This document shows positions 15,922 through 24,988 of a DNA stretch of 32,000 nucleotides, piece after piece. The notes under the pieces were generated by a model. The model was not told where the DNA came from. It was given only the letters and a program-made list of their open reading frames with translations, and searched no databases. Source of the DNA: Pyrodictium abyssi (GTDB taxonomy: Archaea; Thermoproteota; Thermoprotei_A; Sulfolobales; Pyrodictiaceae); NCBI RefSeq assembly GCF_036323395.1, contig NZ_AP028907.1, positions 30,001-62,000 on the forward strand. Reading direction: 5' to 3'. The number at the start of each line of letters is the position of its first letter. The stretch's first letter is position 1. The position numbers were made by a program, and so were the translations under genes.

Positions 15922-17316
15922 TTGGGCTTCATCCGCAACCGCAGCGTCCTCGAGAAGACCGGGCTGCACAGCGACCTCCTGGACGCGCTGGAGGCCGCTC
16001 TGGAGGCTGTCGAGCCCCGGAGGCTGCTAGCCCGGTGGCTCCGGCGGCGCGGCGGCTGCGTCGAGGTGCGGCGTGTCGGCGAGCTATGCCCCCGTGGAGG
16101 CGTCTACGTGGCTGGCTTCGGCAAGGCGTCGCGGGGCATGGCCGAGGCGGTTGTGGACGCCCTCGGCGACCTCGTGGAGGCCGGTGTCGTGGTGGCGCCG
16201 CGGGGCATGGCCGGGCGCGTCGGCCCCGTGGAGGTCCTTGAGGGCGACCACCCGATGCCCGGGCCGCGTACCCTTGAGGCGAGCCGCCGGCTCCTCGAGC
16301 TCCTCGAGAACGTGCCGGGCGACGGTCTCCTCCTCGTGCTGGTCTCCGGCGGGGGTAGCGCGCTCTTCGAGGTGCCGGCTGACGCTATAAGCCTCGAGGA
16401 CGAGGCCGCTGTTGTCCGAGAGCTTCTACGCAGGGGCGCGGACATCTACGAGCTGAACGCTGTGAGGAAGCACCTATCCGCTGTGAAGGGTGGGCAGCTT
16501 CTACGCTACACGAGGGCTAGCCGTGTCGTCTCGCTGATCATAAGCGATGTCGTCGGCGACCGGCTCGACACCATCGCGTCCGGCCCGACGGCACCAGATG
16601 AGACAAGCTTCCGCGACGCCTACGAGGTCCTCGCCCGGTACGGTGTATGGGACGAAGCGCCCGGGCCGGTGAGGAGGTGGATAGAGGCTGGGCTCCGGGG
16701 CGAGGCGCCGGAGACGCCTAAGCCCGGCGACCCCGTCTTCGAGAGGGTCCACAACATCGTGGTGGCGGGTAACCGTGACGCGCTCCAGGCCGCCGCTGGG
16801 CTCCTCTCCAGCAGGGGCTACCACACGGTGATCCTCACCGACAGGATGAGGGGGGAGGCACGGGAGGCGGCCAAGCTGCTGGCCGGCGTGGTCGAGTCGG
16901 TCGCCTCTGGGGGCCCCTCGCCGGTGGAGCCGCCCGCCGCCGTCATAGCGGGCGGCGAGACGACCGTGACTGTCCGGGGCCGGGGCCGCGGGGGCCGTAA
17001 CCAGGAGCTATGCCTCTCGCTAGCCCTGGAGCTCCACCGGGGCCGGGCAGCCGGCCGGTATGTCGCTGCTTGTCTCGGCACTGACGGGGTTGACGGGAAC
17101 AGCCCCGCTGCGGGCGCCTTGGTGGACTGGGAGACCGTGGACAGGGCGCTAGGGCTCGGCCTTGACCCACGCAGGGCGCTGGAGGAGAACGATAGCTACG
17201 GGTTCTTCAGCCGCGTAGGCGGCGTCGTGGATACCGGGGGCTTCACGGGGACTAATGTGAACGACGTGTTCGTAGCGCTGGTGCCGGGGGAGTGTGCTTC
17301 TTCAGCACGTGTTTAA
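15922..17316 (+). CDS. Glycerate 2-kinase / hydroxypyruvate reductase-like protein (DUF4147 + MOFRL); TTG start at 15922 is provisional
   Basis: VAGFGKASRGMAEAV, GDHPMPG, LVSGGGSALFE, LNAVRKHLSAVKGGQL, IISDVVGD.LDTIASGPT, GGETTVTV.G.GRGGRNQE, and GTDGVDG...AGA at the C-terminus. Confidence 0.85.
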   Translation: MGFIRNRSVLEKTGLHSDLLDALEAALEAVEPRRLLARWLRRRGGCVEVRRVGELCPRGGVYVAGFGKASRGMAEAVVDALGDLVEAGVVVAPRGMAGRVGPVEVLEGDHPMPGPRTLEASRRLLELLENVPGDGLLLVLVSGGGSALFEVPADAISLEDEAAVVRELLRRGADIYELNAVRKHLSAVKGGQLLRYTRASRVVSLIISDVVGDRLDTIASGPTAPDETSFRDAYEVLARYGVWDEAPGPVRRWIEAGLRGEAPETPKPGDPVFERVHNIVVAGNRDALQAAAGLLSSRGYHTVILTDRMRGEAREAAKLLAGVVESVASGGPSPVEPPAAVIAGGETTVTVRGRGRGGRNQELCLSLALELHRGRAAGRYVAACLGTDGVDGNSPAAGALVDWETVDRALGLGLDPRRALEENDSYGFFSRVGGVVDTGGFTGTNVNDVFVALVPGECASSARV

Positions 17317-17359
17317 GGGGGTTAAAGAGGCTATGCCTTAATGCCACTATGGCAATAGG

Positions 17360-17367
17360 CATAAATA
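17360..17367 (+). promoter_or_regulatory. TATA-like element (cataaata) upstream of the peroxiredoxin gene
   Basis: An A/T-rich octamer about 70 nt upstream of the ATG, followed by an AGGTGA Shine-Dalgarno element at 17419-17424. Confidence 0.3.
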
Positions 17368-17431
17368 CCAGAAACAACTTCTAGAGAGAAACTGGGACGG
17401 AAAACCGAGAAGATGCAAAGGTGAACAAGCC

Positions 17432-18130
17432 ATGCCCGGGAACATACCCCTAATAGGCGAGCGCTTCCCAGAGATACAGGTAGTCACCGACCAGGGCGTT
17501 ATCAAGCTGCCAGACCACTTCAAGGGCAAGTGGTTCGTCCTCTTCAGCCACCCAGCAGACTTCACACCGGTATGTACCACCGAGTTCGTGGCCTTCGCCA
17601 AGAGGTACGAGGACTTCAAGAAGCTAAACACCGAGCTGATAGGCCTTAGCGTGGACAACACGTTCAGCCACATCAAGTGGAAGGAGTGGATCAAGGAGAA
17701 GCTAGGCGTAGAGATACCATTCCCGATAATCGCTGACCCGATGGGCGAGGTCGCCAAGAAGCTAGGCATGATACACGCTGAGAGCGGTGTGGTAACAGTA
17801 CGCGCAGTCTTCGTAGTCGACGACAAGGGCGTGATAAGAGCTATACTCTACTACCCGCTGAACGTCGGCAGGAACATCGACGAAATACTAAGGCTGGTGG
17901 AGGCCCTCCAGCTAGCCGACAAGTACGGCCGCGCCCTGCCAGCCAACTGGCCGAACAACGAGCTGATAGGCGACCAGCTAATAGTCCCGCCAGCAGCCAC
18001 CGAGCAGGAGGCCAAGGAGAGGCTACAGCAGTTCAAGTGCTTCGACTGGTGGTTCTGCTACGAGGACAAGGCCAGCCAGGAGGAGAAGGAGCAGGCCCGC
18101 AGCTTCCTCAAGCGCGTCGCCAACTGCTAG
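17432..18130 (+). CDS. Peroxiredoxin (Prx6-type archaeal thioredoxin peroxidase)
   Basis: The peroxidatic motif is [36 protein letters not shown] and C-terminal Cys residues resemble the Aeropyrum pernix ApTPx decameric Prx over the full length. Confidence 0.97.
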   Translation: MPGNIPLIGERFPEIQVVTDQGVIKLPDHFKGKWFVLFSHPADFTPVCTTEFVAFAKRYEDFKKLNTELIGLSVDNTFSHIKWKEWIKEKLGVEIPFPIIADPMGEVAKKLGMIHAESGVVTVRAVFVVDDKGVIRAILYYPLNVGRNIDEILRLVEALQLADKYGRALPANWPNNELIGDQLIVPPAATEQEAKERLQQFKCFDWWFCYEDKASQEEKEQARSFLKRVANC

Positions 18131-18163
18131 CAACCGGTTTAGCACAGCCCCAGGCATAGAGGT

Positions 18164-18171
18164 CTTTTTAC
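18164..18171 (+). terminator. T-run terminator candidate (CTTTTTAC) after the peroxiredoxin gene
   Basis: A T5 run 34 nt after the stop codon, in the same octamer found after both cannula-like genes. Confidence 0.4.
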
Positions 18172-18339
18172 CGCCCAAGGGGGCCATCCAGGCCCAGCGG
18201 ACGCTTCATCCCGCTTCCTCGCCTACTACAAATTCTCACGCAGTTCAGCCCCTATCCCGGGGGCAACGTTCCGGTTGACCCTACGCTGTAGCGGATATAG
18301 CCCCTTAGCCTAGCCCTAGCCACTCCTACGGGTGTTCCT

Positions 18340-19713
18340 GTGGCTTCGCACCGGCTCGCCGCCTTCACCCTAGTAGTCCTCATCGTCGGCTGGGGCGTCC
18401 TCCTATCACCGCCCCTCAAGGACGTCCGGACCCTACTAGGGCTCCCAGAGCACCTGCCTGCCTCGCGGTTCAACAGCCAGGCCGCAGAGATAGTGCCCCC
18501 GGATAGGGGAGACGCCGGGTGGTTCCTAGCCCGGATTGCTCATTACTACCACGTGGTTTTCGCCGGGCTCCTATACGCTATGCTCGTGCTGGGCTCCCGG
18601 CTCTACCCGGGCGAGTGGCGCGACGCCCTACTCCTCGGCCTAGCCGGGGCTGTCGCGACCGCTGTGGGCGGGCTAGGCTACGCTTATGTCTCCCGCAGCC
18701 CGCCGTTACACGGGCTATTCATAGCTGGGCTCGCCCTCCTCTTCGCTTCCGGCCTACTCGTTGCCGCTAGGATGAGGCCCCAGGGCCTGCTCGACCACGC
18801 GCTGAGAGCAACACTTGTGCTCATGCTTGTGGGCGGTGTTATAGGGGGCTACCTGGGCAGTAGCTTCATCGACGAGGAGGCCCACCGGGGCTTCGTCGAG
18901 GCCAAGATAGCTGCCCGGTTTAACCCCGACGACGCCGAGGGCAACGAGCTCTGGCGGGCGATGGTGGCGCACGAGCACGCTATGGTCGCGCTGGCGGATG
19001 TCGCAGGGTTCCTAGTGGCTCTCCGGGCGCTCCGCATACGCCGGGGCCGCTCCACGAGGCTGGCCTCGTACATGCTCCTAGCCGGGCTCGTGGCCACCGC
19101 TACTGCGTCCTACGCTGTCTGGCCAGTGGGCGGGATAGCCCACATAGTGATAACGCCAGCCTCCCTGGTACTGCTAGTAGGCGTCACGGTGCTGGCTTTC
19201 CGGGCCGAGCCGGCCAGCAGCGAACCACAGGAGAGGCTACTGGCCATCGGCCTCCGTGCCGGCGTGCTGACACTCTGGACCTCCGTGGTGGTGCCCGGTG
19301 CCATTGTGGCTTCCAGCCTCCGCAAGCCGACAGCCTTCATCAGCCCTGCTTTCCGCGACCCCTCGTGGGACTGGGCAGAGCTGGCTTACAACATTGGCCA
19401 CTGGCACATACTCCTCGCCGCATGGGGCATAGTCCTGCTTCTAGCCGCGGTCGCGACGCAGGAGTACACCAAGACGGGGAGGATAGCCATCCTGGGCGGA
19501 TGGCTGGCCCTCGTGGGCTTCGTCGCCGCATCAGTGGCTGTTAACCTCTACATGCTCGGGGGCCCGCCGGGGCCCTACCAGCCGAACCCCTATGACAATG
19601 CCTGGCTGCGGCTCCTGGTAGAGCCATCACTAGCCGTCATGGCTGCCGGTGTTGCTCTGGCCTACGTCGCCGTGGCCCACGAGGAGGCAACTGCGCGCAC
19701 TCGACAGCGCTAG
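18340..19713 (+). CDS. Polytopic membrane protein of unknown function (about 12 TM) with conserved-looking His pairs
   Basis: A 457-aa ORF with a GTG start and many hydrophobic helices. His motifs are HYYH, AHEHAM and GHWH. No family recognised. Confidence 0.75.
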   Translation: MASHRLAAFTLVVLIVGWGVLLSPPLKDVRTLLGLPEHLPASRFNSQAAEIVPPDRGDAGWFLARIAHYYHVVFAGLLYAMLVLGSRLYPGEWRDALLLGLAGAVATAVGGLGYAYVSRSPPLHGLFIAGLALLFASGLLVAARMRPQGLLDHALRATLVLMLVGGVIGGYLGSSFIDEEAHRGFVEAKIAARFNPDDAEGNELWRAMVAHEHAMVALADVAGFLVALRALRIRRGRSTRLASYMLLAGLVATATASYAVWPVGGIAHIVITPASLVLLVGVTVLAFRAEPASSEPQERLLAIGLRAGVLTLWTSVVVPGAIVASSLRKPTAFISPAFRDPSWDWAELAYNIGHWHILLAAWGIVLLLAAVATQEYTKTGRIAILGGWLALVGFVAASVAVNLYMLGGPPGPYQPNPYDNAWLRLLVEPSLAVMAAGVALAYVAVAHEEATARTRQR

Positions 19714-20684
19714 AGCGCTAGCCCCCCGGGAGGGCTATCTTCTGGCTGGAGCGCGTCGCCGGCGGTAGTATTTCTCGCCCATGTCTCTACCTCCTCCAGT
19801 AGCCCCTCCTCCACAGCGTCGCCTAGTACTGTGAAGCTGCCGTGCTCGGGCCTGGCTAGTACCTCTACGCGGCTAGCGCCGAGGCGGCTCGCGAACACTC
19901 TGTAGGCCTTCTCGACAGTGCCGGGGCTCGGTGGCCCAGCCCAGGGCTCGGCTGGAGGCCTCGTGGGCACCGATATGTAGGCCTTAGCGAGGCGCCGGAG
20001 CGAGGCCAGGGTCTCCGCTATCTCCTCCAGCTCGCCGCCGTAGGCTATGCCGTTGACAAGCATTGTCTCCGAGATGTGTGTGCCCCCTGTACTCCTCGGA
20101 GAAGACGCGTATGCCCTGGATGACCGTGTCTAGCCGGAGGCGGGGATGCGGCCTGTTTACACGCCTCCACGTCTCCTCCCTTGCCGCGTCCGGCTTGACC
20201 GAGACGAGGTCAGCCTCCTGGAGGTCGCGGCGTACATCCTCCCTCCAGAGTAGCGAGCCGTTACTGAGCACTGCTACGCGCGCGCCTAGCGCCCGGAGCC
20301 CCTCGACGAGCCTCCCTAGGTTGGCGTCGAGGGTGGGCTCGCCGTCCGGGACCACTGTTACATAGTCTACGTGTTCGCCGACCGCGTCTAGCTCTTCTAG
20401 CCGTCTCGCTGCCTCGCCGACTACCTCGTCTGCTTGTAGAAGGTTCTCCGCTCTATGCTCGTGCCCGATCCTCTGCCGGCTTGACAATAGGCGCAGTTGT
20501 AGCTACACAGCTTCCCGGGTATGTTGTCTACCCCGAGGCTTCTGCCCAGCCTCCTAGAAGGTATAGGGCCGAAGACGTAGCGGTAGCTAGCCGTCTCACT
20601 CCACCAGCCGCGGAGCAGCAGGGGGCCCGGGGGGTCTAGGCTCCAGCGGCGTCTATGCCGGGCGACCGTGGCACCATAGGCCAT
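19710..20684 (-). pseudogene. Radical SAM protein (COG0731-like Fe-S oxidoreductase) split into three frames by two frameshifts
   Basis: Frame 1 (20421..20684) reads [34 protein letters not shown]...IERRTFY and carries CxxxCxxC. Frame 2 (19984..20487) reads [15 protein letters not shown]...VTVVPDGEPTLD...VAVLSNGSLL...EADLVSVKPDAA..ETWRRVNRPHP. Frame 3 (19710..20063) reads ISETMLVNGIAYGGELEEIAE...YISVPTRPPAEPW. The shifts lie near 20432-20438 and in the (tg)4c5 tract at 20075-20087. Confidence 0.8.
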
Positions 20685-20772
20685 AGCGTACTGGGCGCCA
20701 CGTCCCCGGGGGGCTGGTGCTCTTTAACCCTCCCGTAGCTCTAGAGGCCCACGTCTACCAGGGCTAGGGACC

Positions 20773-21336
20773 GTGGAGCAGCAGGACCGCCTCATAATCC
20801 TTGTAGCTGGTATGCCCGGCAGCGGTAAGAGCATGCTCTCCAGCGTCGCCCGGGAGATGGGTATCCCGGTCTACGTGATGGGTGACGTGATCCGGGAGGA
20901 GGCCAGGCGCCGGGGCCTGGAGCCGACACCGTCCAACCTCAACATGGTTGCGCGGCTCCTCCGCGAGGAGTACGGCCCAGCCGTTGTCGCAGAGCGGGTA
21001 GCCGAGAAGCTGGCGCGCGACACCAGCCGCGTGGTCCTCGTTGACGGTGTGAGGAGCCTTGTGGAGATCGAGGTCTTCCAGAGACTCGGCCGGGTAGTGA
21101 TAGTCGCTGTGCACGCGTCGCCCCGGACCCGGTTCGAGAGGCTCCGCCGGAGAGGTAGGCCCGGCGACCCGGTGAGCTGGGAGGAGTTCCGGCAGCGCGA
21201 CATGACCGAGCTCGGCTTCAGCCTCGGCAGCGTGATAGCCCTCGCAGACTACATGCTGGTCAACGAGGGCACCGCCGACGAGTTCCGGGAGAACGCCAGG
21301 AGGCTCCTAGAGAGGCTCATAGCGGGCAGGGGCTAG
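20773..21336 (+). CDS. P-loop nucleotide kinase, UPF0200 / dephospho-CoA kinase-like
   Basis: A Walker A motif (VAGMPGSGKS) lies close to the N-terminus. Length is about 187 aa. VDGVRS..E and RL..R.R.GDP are typical of the archaeal UPF0200 family. Confidence 0.8.
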   Translation: MEQQDRLIILVAGMPGSGKSMLSSVAREMGIPVYVMGDVIREEARRRGLEPTPSNLNMVARLLREEYGPAVVAERVAEKLARDTSRVVLVDGVRSLVEIEVFQRLGRVVIVAVHASPRTRFERLRRRGRPGDPVSWEEFRQRDMTELGFSLGSVIALADYMLVNEGTADEFRENARRLLERLIAGRG

Positions 21337-21571
21337 AGCCCCGCAGCCCCTCCCGTTTAGGCCGTGGACCCACGATACCGCGCCGGGGAAATACGGTACA
21401 CCAGATGTATGCGTTACGTATAGATGTGTACTAGCTCATTGGTCTTATAAACCGTCAGCATTGTTTAGGATGCTCGCTGGCCATCACCGGGGCTAAAGGA
21501 GCGCTAGCGCGGAGCGACGCACCCCAGGCTCTTATGGGGGTACAAGTCTAGCCGTAAAAAGCTGGCATGTG

Positions 21572-22958
21572 CTAGTCCATCCGGACTACTTCCCTTACTA
21601 GAGGGGTCACCGCGAGCAAGACAGCATAGAGTGCTGTTGCGAGCAGGAACAGGTAGTGGTAGGCTTCTACTCTCGGTACACGTATGTATACCGGGCTGCC
21701 CGGGAGCGCTATAGCTGTAGAATACATGCGAATACATGCTCATGAGGGTGCCTGCTACTGCGGGTCCCCATGCTGCGCCGAGGTTCCGGAAGAGGCTATT
21801 GAGCCCGGTAGCTATCCCCATAACCCTCCTACCGACACTGAAAACGAGGATGTTTATCAGCGAAACGTTTAGGACACTGATGCCAGTGCTGACTAGGACT
21901 ACTAGGCTGACTATCTTCCATAGGCCTATCGACACTGGGTCATATGATAGGGCTACGAGGCCAATAATGGCTAGTAGTGCTCCGAGCTGGATGAAGGGCT
22001 TTACCCCTATCCTGGTCATCGCCCTCCCGACTAGCGGCGCTATGAATAGCATAGCTATCGCACTAGGTGTCATTAGCAGCCCGGACTCGAGTATCGTCTT
22101 ACTGTAGCCGTATGGAGGCTGCATCTGGAACAGATAGGTTATTGCCTGGTTCATCATCTGTACTGCGAACCCTGCTAGGAATATCCAGAGGTTAGTTATT
22201 AGCACGTTACGCGATGTGAGGAGGCTTACGGGTATCAATGGGTTGTCCGTCTTCAGCTCACGTACTATGAGTAGGGTGAGGCTGGCCAGGGATAGAGCGA
22301 ACATCGCTAGAGTGGAAGGGGCTGTCAAGCCGGTGTCCGGTGCACGGGTGACAGCTACTAGCCCAGACGCTGCGAATAGTGATAGGAGTACTGCTCCTGG
22401 GACGTCGAGTTTCCCCGGGTTGATGTACCTGCTTTCTCTCAGCACTCTAGCCGACAACACGAGCATTAGTATAGCGAATGGCGCCACTGTGTGGTATGTC
22501 AATTCCCACCCATAGTTCTCAGCGATGTAGCTTCCCAGCGGGAGGGCTACGACTATCCCGACTCCGAACATGGCGCTTATCATTCCCTGTACCTGGGGCA
22601 CCATTCTTGGCGGGAACTCTTCCCTGACAATTGTGAATCCTAGCGGGAATATCGCCATCCCTATGCCCTGCAAAGCCCTAGCCAGTAGGAGTGCGTGGAA
22701 TGTTGGCGCGAATCCCGCGAATGTTACGCCGAGCGTGTACACCGCTAGAGCGATTAGGAAGAGCTTTTTCTTGCCATACATGTCTCCAAGCTTCCCCATT
22801 AGGGCTACGCTTATCGTGCCCGTGAGGAGGTAGATGGTGAGAACCCAGCTCACATCGCTCGGTGATACGTGGAACTGGCGCTGGATTGCCGGGAGAGAGG
22901 GTATCAGAACAGCCTCGGTATACATGACGAGTATGGGAAGCGTGACTAGTAGCATCAC
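21572..22958 (-). pseudogene. MFS transporter (DHA2/EmrB-like, 14-TM type) with its C-terminus displaced by a 10-bp tandem duplication
   Basis: MFS motifs are present (GKLGDMYGKKKLF, LLARALQGIG). After ...GTLMSMYS the track ORF runs into Cys/Pro/Ser-rich nonsense. Removing one copy of the duplication at 21720-21739 restores ...STAIALPGSPVYIRVPRVEAYHYLFLLATALYAVLLAVTPLVREVVRMD*, which ends at 21572 and supplies a final TM helix. Confidence 0.85.
21720..21739. repeat. Perfect 10-bp tandem duplication (gaatacatgc x2) inside the MFS gene
   Basis: Read directly: g aatacatgc g aatacatgc at 21720-21729 and 21730-21739. Confidence 0.95.
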
Positions 22959-23445
22959 TGCCTCCCTAGCGTAGCCTAGATCGTACCCCCGGCTCCTCGC
23001 CGCCTTTCATCATTATTCGCCGCGGACGCCGATAGCTCGGCTGTCGATATATAGGCCTTTCGACTACGGCATAACACAGTATTAAATCACGTATTTGAAC
23101 TCCCACAGCTGTACCAGGAGCAGCACATACGTCAGCATTACAGTGGTGGCCCGGGGGGACAGGAGCCTCTCGAGCCTCTGGGGTGCTCTTCTAGTACGGG
23201 CTTGCGCATAGTGTCCTCCTACAGAGCCCCTCTACCGCGTTTCGCTTGGGCCTCTGCTAGCCCGGTACCGGTCCGGTATGAGGCACGACTCTAGCTAGGC
23301 ACGCTAGACCATAGACCCAGGACGGTAGATATAACCTCTCTACATCATGTAGCTTTTCGTCTATCCCGAGAAGGGAAGAGCATTATAGGGATAGATAGAC
23401 ATTGTAATAGGAGGTGTGGATGAACTGTGTCCGTTTGGGGAACTA

Positions 23446-23454
23446 GCAAAAACT
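23446..23454 (-). terminator. T-run terminator candidate downstream of hcp
   Basis: The plus strand reads gcaaaaact, giving TTTTT on the minus strand about 17 nt after the hcp stop (23469-23471). Confidence 0.35.
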
Positions 23455-23468
23455 ATGAGCTAGCCTGG

Positions 23469-24818
23469 CTAGGCTGTTAGTGGGGAGTCGCTGGACAGCT
23501 CAGAGCCCTTGGCGAGCATCTTGGGGAGGTCCTCCTCGGGGGTGCTTATCAGCTGTAGGTCGAACCTCCTCCTTAGCTCCTCGAAGACGCTGGGTGTGAG
23601 GAACTCGGGGGCCTTCGGCCCTATGTATATCCCCTTTATGCCCAGGTATAGTAGCGTGTAGAGTATCGCGACGGCCTTCTGCTCCATCCAGCTCAGCACT
23701 ATGCTTACTGGTAGCTGGTTGAGATCCTTCCCGAGCCTCTTTGCTAGCTCCGCGGCGATCACTATTATAGAGTAGACGTTGTTGCACTGGCCGAAGTCCA
23801 TGAACCGTGGTATACCCTCTATGGTGCCGTAGTCGCGGCGGTTGTAGCGGAACTTGCCACACGCCGCTGTGAGTATTATGGAGTCTCTTGGCACTAGCTG
23901 GGTGAGCCTCTCGTAGTAGCCCATCTTGGGGCTGGGTACGTCGCAGCCGCCTATGACGAATATGTGGCGTATCTTGCCCTCGTTTATCAGGTCAACGACC
24001 TTGTCTAGTAGTGGGAGCACGTTGGTGTGGTGGAAGCCTGTCACTATCTTGCCGCCCTCAGTTCTCTTCATCCTGGGTGTCTTTAGCGCGTGCTTTATCA
24101 CCGGCTCGAAGTTGTAGTCGTCTATGTGGGGTACCCCTTCTAGGCCTGCGATACCCGTGGTGTATATCCTGTCGGCGTACTGCTTGAGTGGCTGTAGTAC
24201 ACAGTTAGTGGTGCCGATTATTACGCCGGGGAACTTGCCGAACTCCTGCTTCTGGTAGACCCAGCTTCCTCCCCAGTTGCCGTAGAGCGCCCTGAACGCG
24301 CGTATCTTCGGGTAGGAGTGGGCCGGTAGCGTCTCGGAGTGCGTGTATACCTTTACCTCGTCCTCGAGCCCCATCTCCTTGATCTGCTTGAGTAGCTCGT
24401 ATAGCGCCTTGTAGGAGTGCCCCGTGACGAGTATTCCGTGTCCCTCCTCCGTGCCCGTGGGGACCTCGACTGGTGTTGGGGCCCCGAACGTCTCGACGTA
24501 GGCCTTGTCTAATAGCTCCATGGCTCTGAGGTGCATCTTACCAGTCTCTAGTATCATCTCGAGGAAGCGGCCCTTGTTGAAGTTCACGTTGGTCAGTGTC
24601 GAGTACAGCGCCTTCGATAGGAAGAAGCCTATCTCTTCGTCCTTGTAGCCTAGCTCGTAGGCGTGGTAGTAGTATGCTGCTACGCCCTTTATCCCGTAGA
24701 TGAGGGCTTCCTGGAGCGAGTGGAGATCTGGGTCCTTGCCGCAGACTCCTGCAACCGTACAGCCTCCTGCTAGGCTCATGCTGCACTGGTCGCATTTCAT
24801 GGGTGTCCTCTGGAGCAT
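23469..24818 (-). CDS. hcp: Hybrid cluster protein / hydroxylamine reductase, short class III type (ATG at 24818 or 24800)
   Basis: The N-terminal Cys cluster is MKCDQCSMSLAGGCTVAGVCGK. GILVTGH, THSE, NWGGSW, GTTNC, GGCD, ACGKFR and FGQCND-like FGQCNN appear in Hcp order. The 50-aa N-terminal extension of the track ORF is unlikely to be real. Confidence 0.92.
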   Translation of the reverse strand: MLQRTPMKCDQCSMSLAGGCTVAGVCGKDPDLHSLQEALIYGIKGVAAYYYHAYELGYKDEEIGFFLSKALYSTLTNVNFNKGRFLEMILETGKMHLRAMELLDKAYVETFGAPTPVEVPTGTEEGHGILVTGHSYKALYELLKQIKEMGLEDEVKVYTHSETLPAHSYPKIRAFRALYGNWGGSWVYQKQEFGKFPGVIIGTTNCVLQPLKQYADRIYTTGIAGLEGVPHIDDYNFEPVIKHALKTPRMKRTEGGKIVTGFHHTNVLPLLDKVVDLINEGKIRHIFVIGGCDVPSPKMGYYERLTQLVPRDSIILTAACGKFRYNRRDYGTIEGIPRFMDFGQCNNVYSIIVIAAELAKRLGKDLNQLPVSIVLSWMEQKAVAILYTLLYLGIKGIYIGPKAPEFLTPSVFEELRRRFDLQLISTPEEDLPKMLAKGSELSSDSPLTA

Positions 24819-24851
24819 CTTCTGGACACTCACGGGGCAGCCCCTCCATCT

Positions 24852-24865
24852 ATGACATGCGTCAT
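24852..24865. promoter_or_regulatory. Inverted repeat ATGAC-n4-GTCAT in the hcp/regulator divergent intergenic region, abutting a TATA-like element
   Basis: atgacatgcgtcat is followed directly by ataagg. A second TATA-like tataaaa lies at 24889-24895. Confidence 0.3.
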
Positions 24866-24988
24866 ATAAGGCACGCAACGAGGCTTGTGTATAAAACCTT
24901 GCGGGCGATGCGACTACTACCATGCCTAATGGAGAAACTAGTAAGCCTCGGGCCTGGTGCCACAAGACTAGTGAAGAGGAGTTGCACC

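Noticed and set aside
17347-17826. 159-aa minus-strand ORF antisense to the peroxiredoxin gene
   Set aside because: It lies entirely antisense to a full-length, highly conserved Prx. Its product is Ser/Thr/Leu-rich with no recognisable features.
22985-23020. C/D-box sRNA on the minus strand (AATGATGA C-box-like motif at about 23008-23015)
   Set aside because: No CUGA D or D' box lies at the expected 12-nt guide spacing downstream, and no terminal stem is present. The motif overlaps the likely MFS promoter and leader.
24803-24988. N-terminal 62-aa extension of the HTH regulator, and the 50-aa N-terminal extension of Hcp (24819-24965)
   Set aside because: The two extensions overlap each other on opposite strands across the divergent promoter region. 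They contain the TATA-like elements and have no counterpart in the conserved N-termini of either family (Hcp starts at the CxxC cluster).
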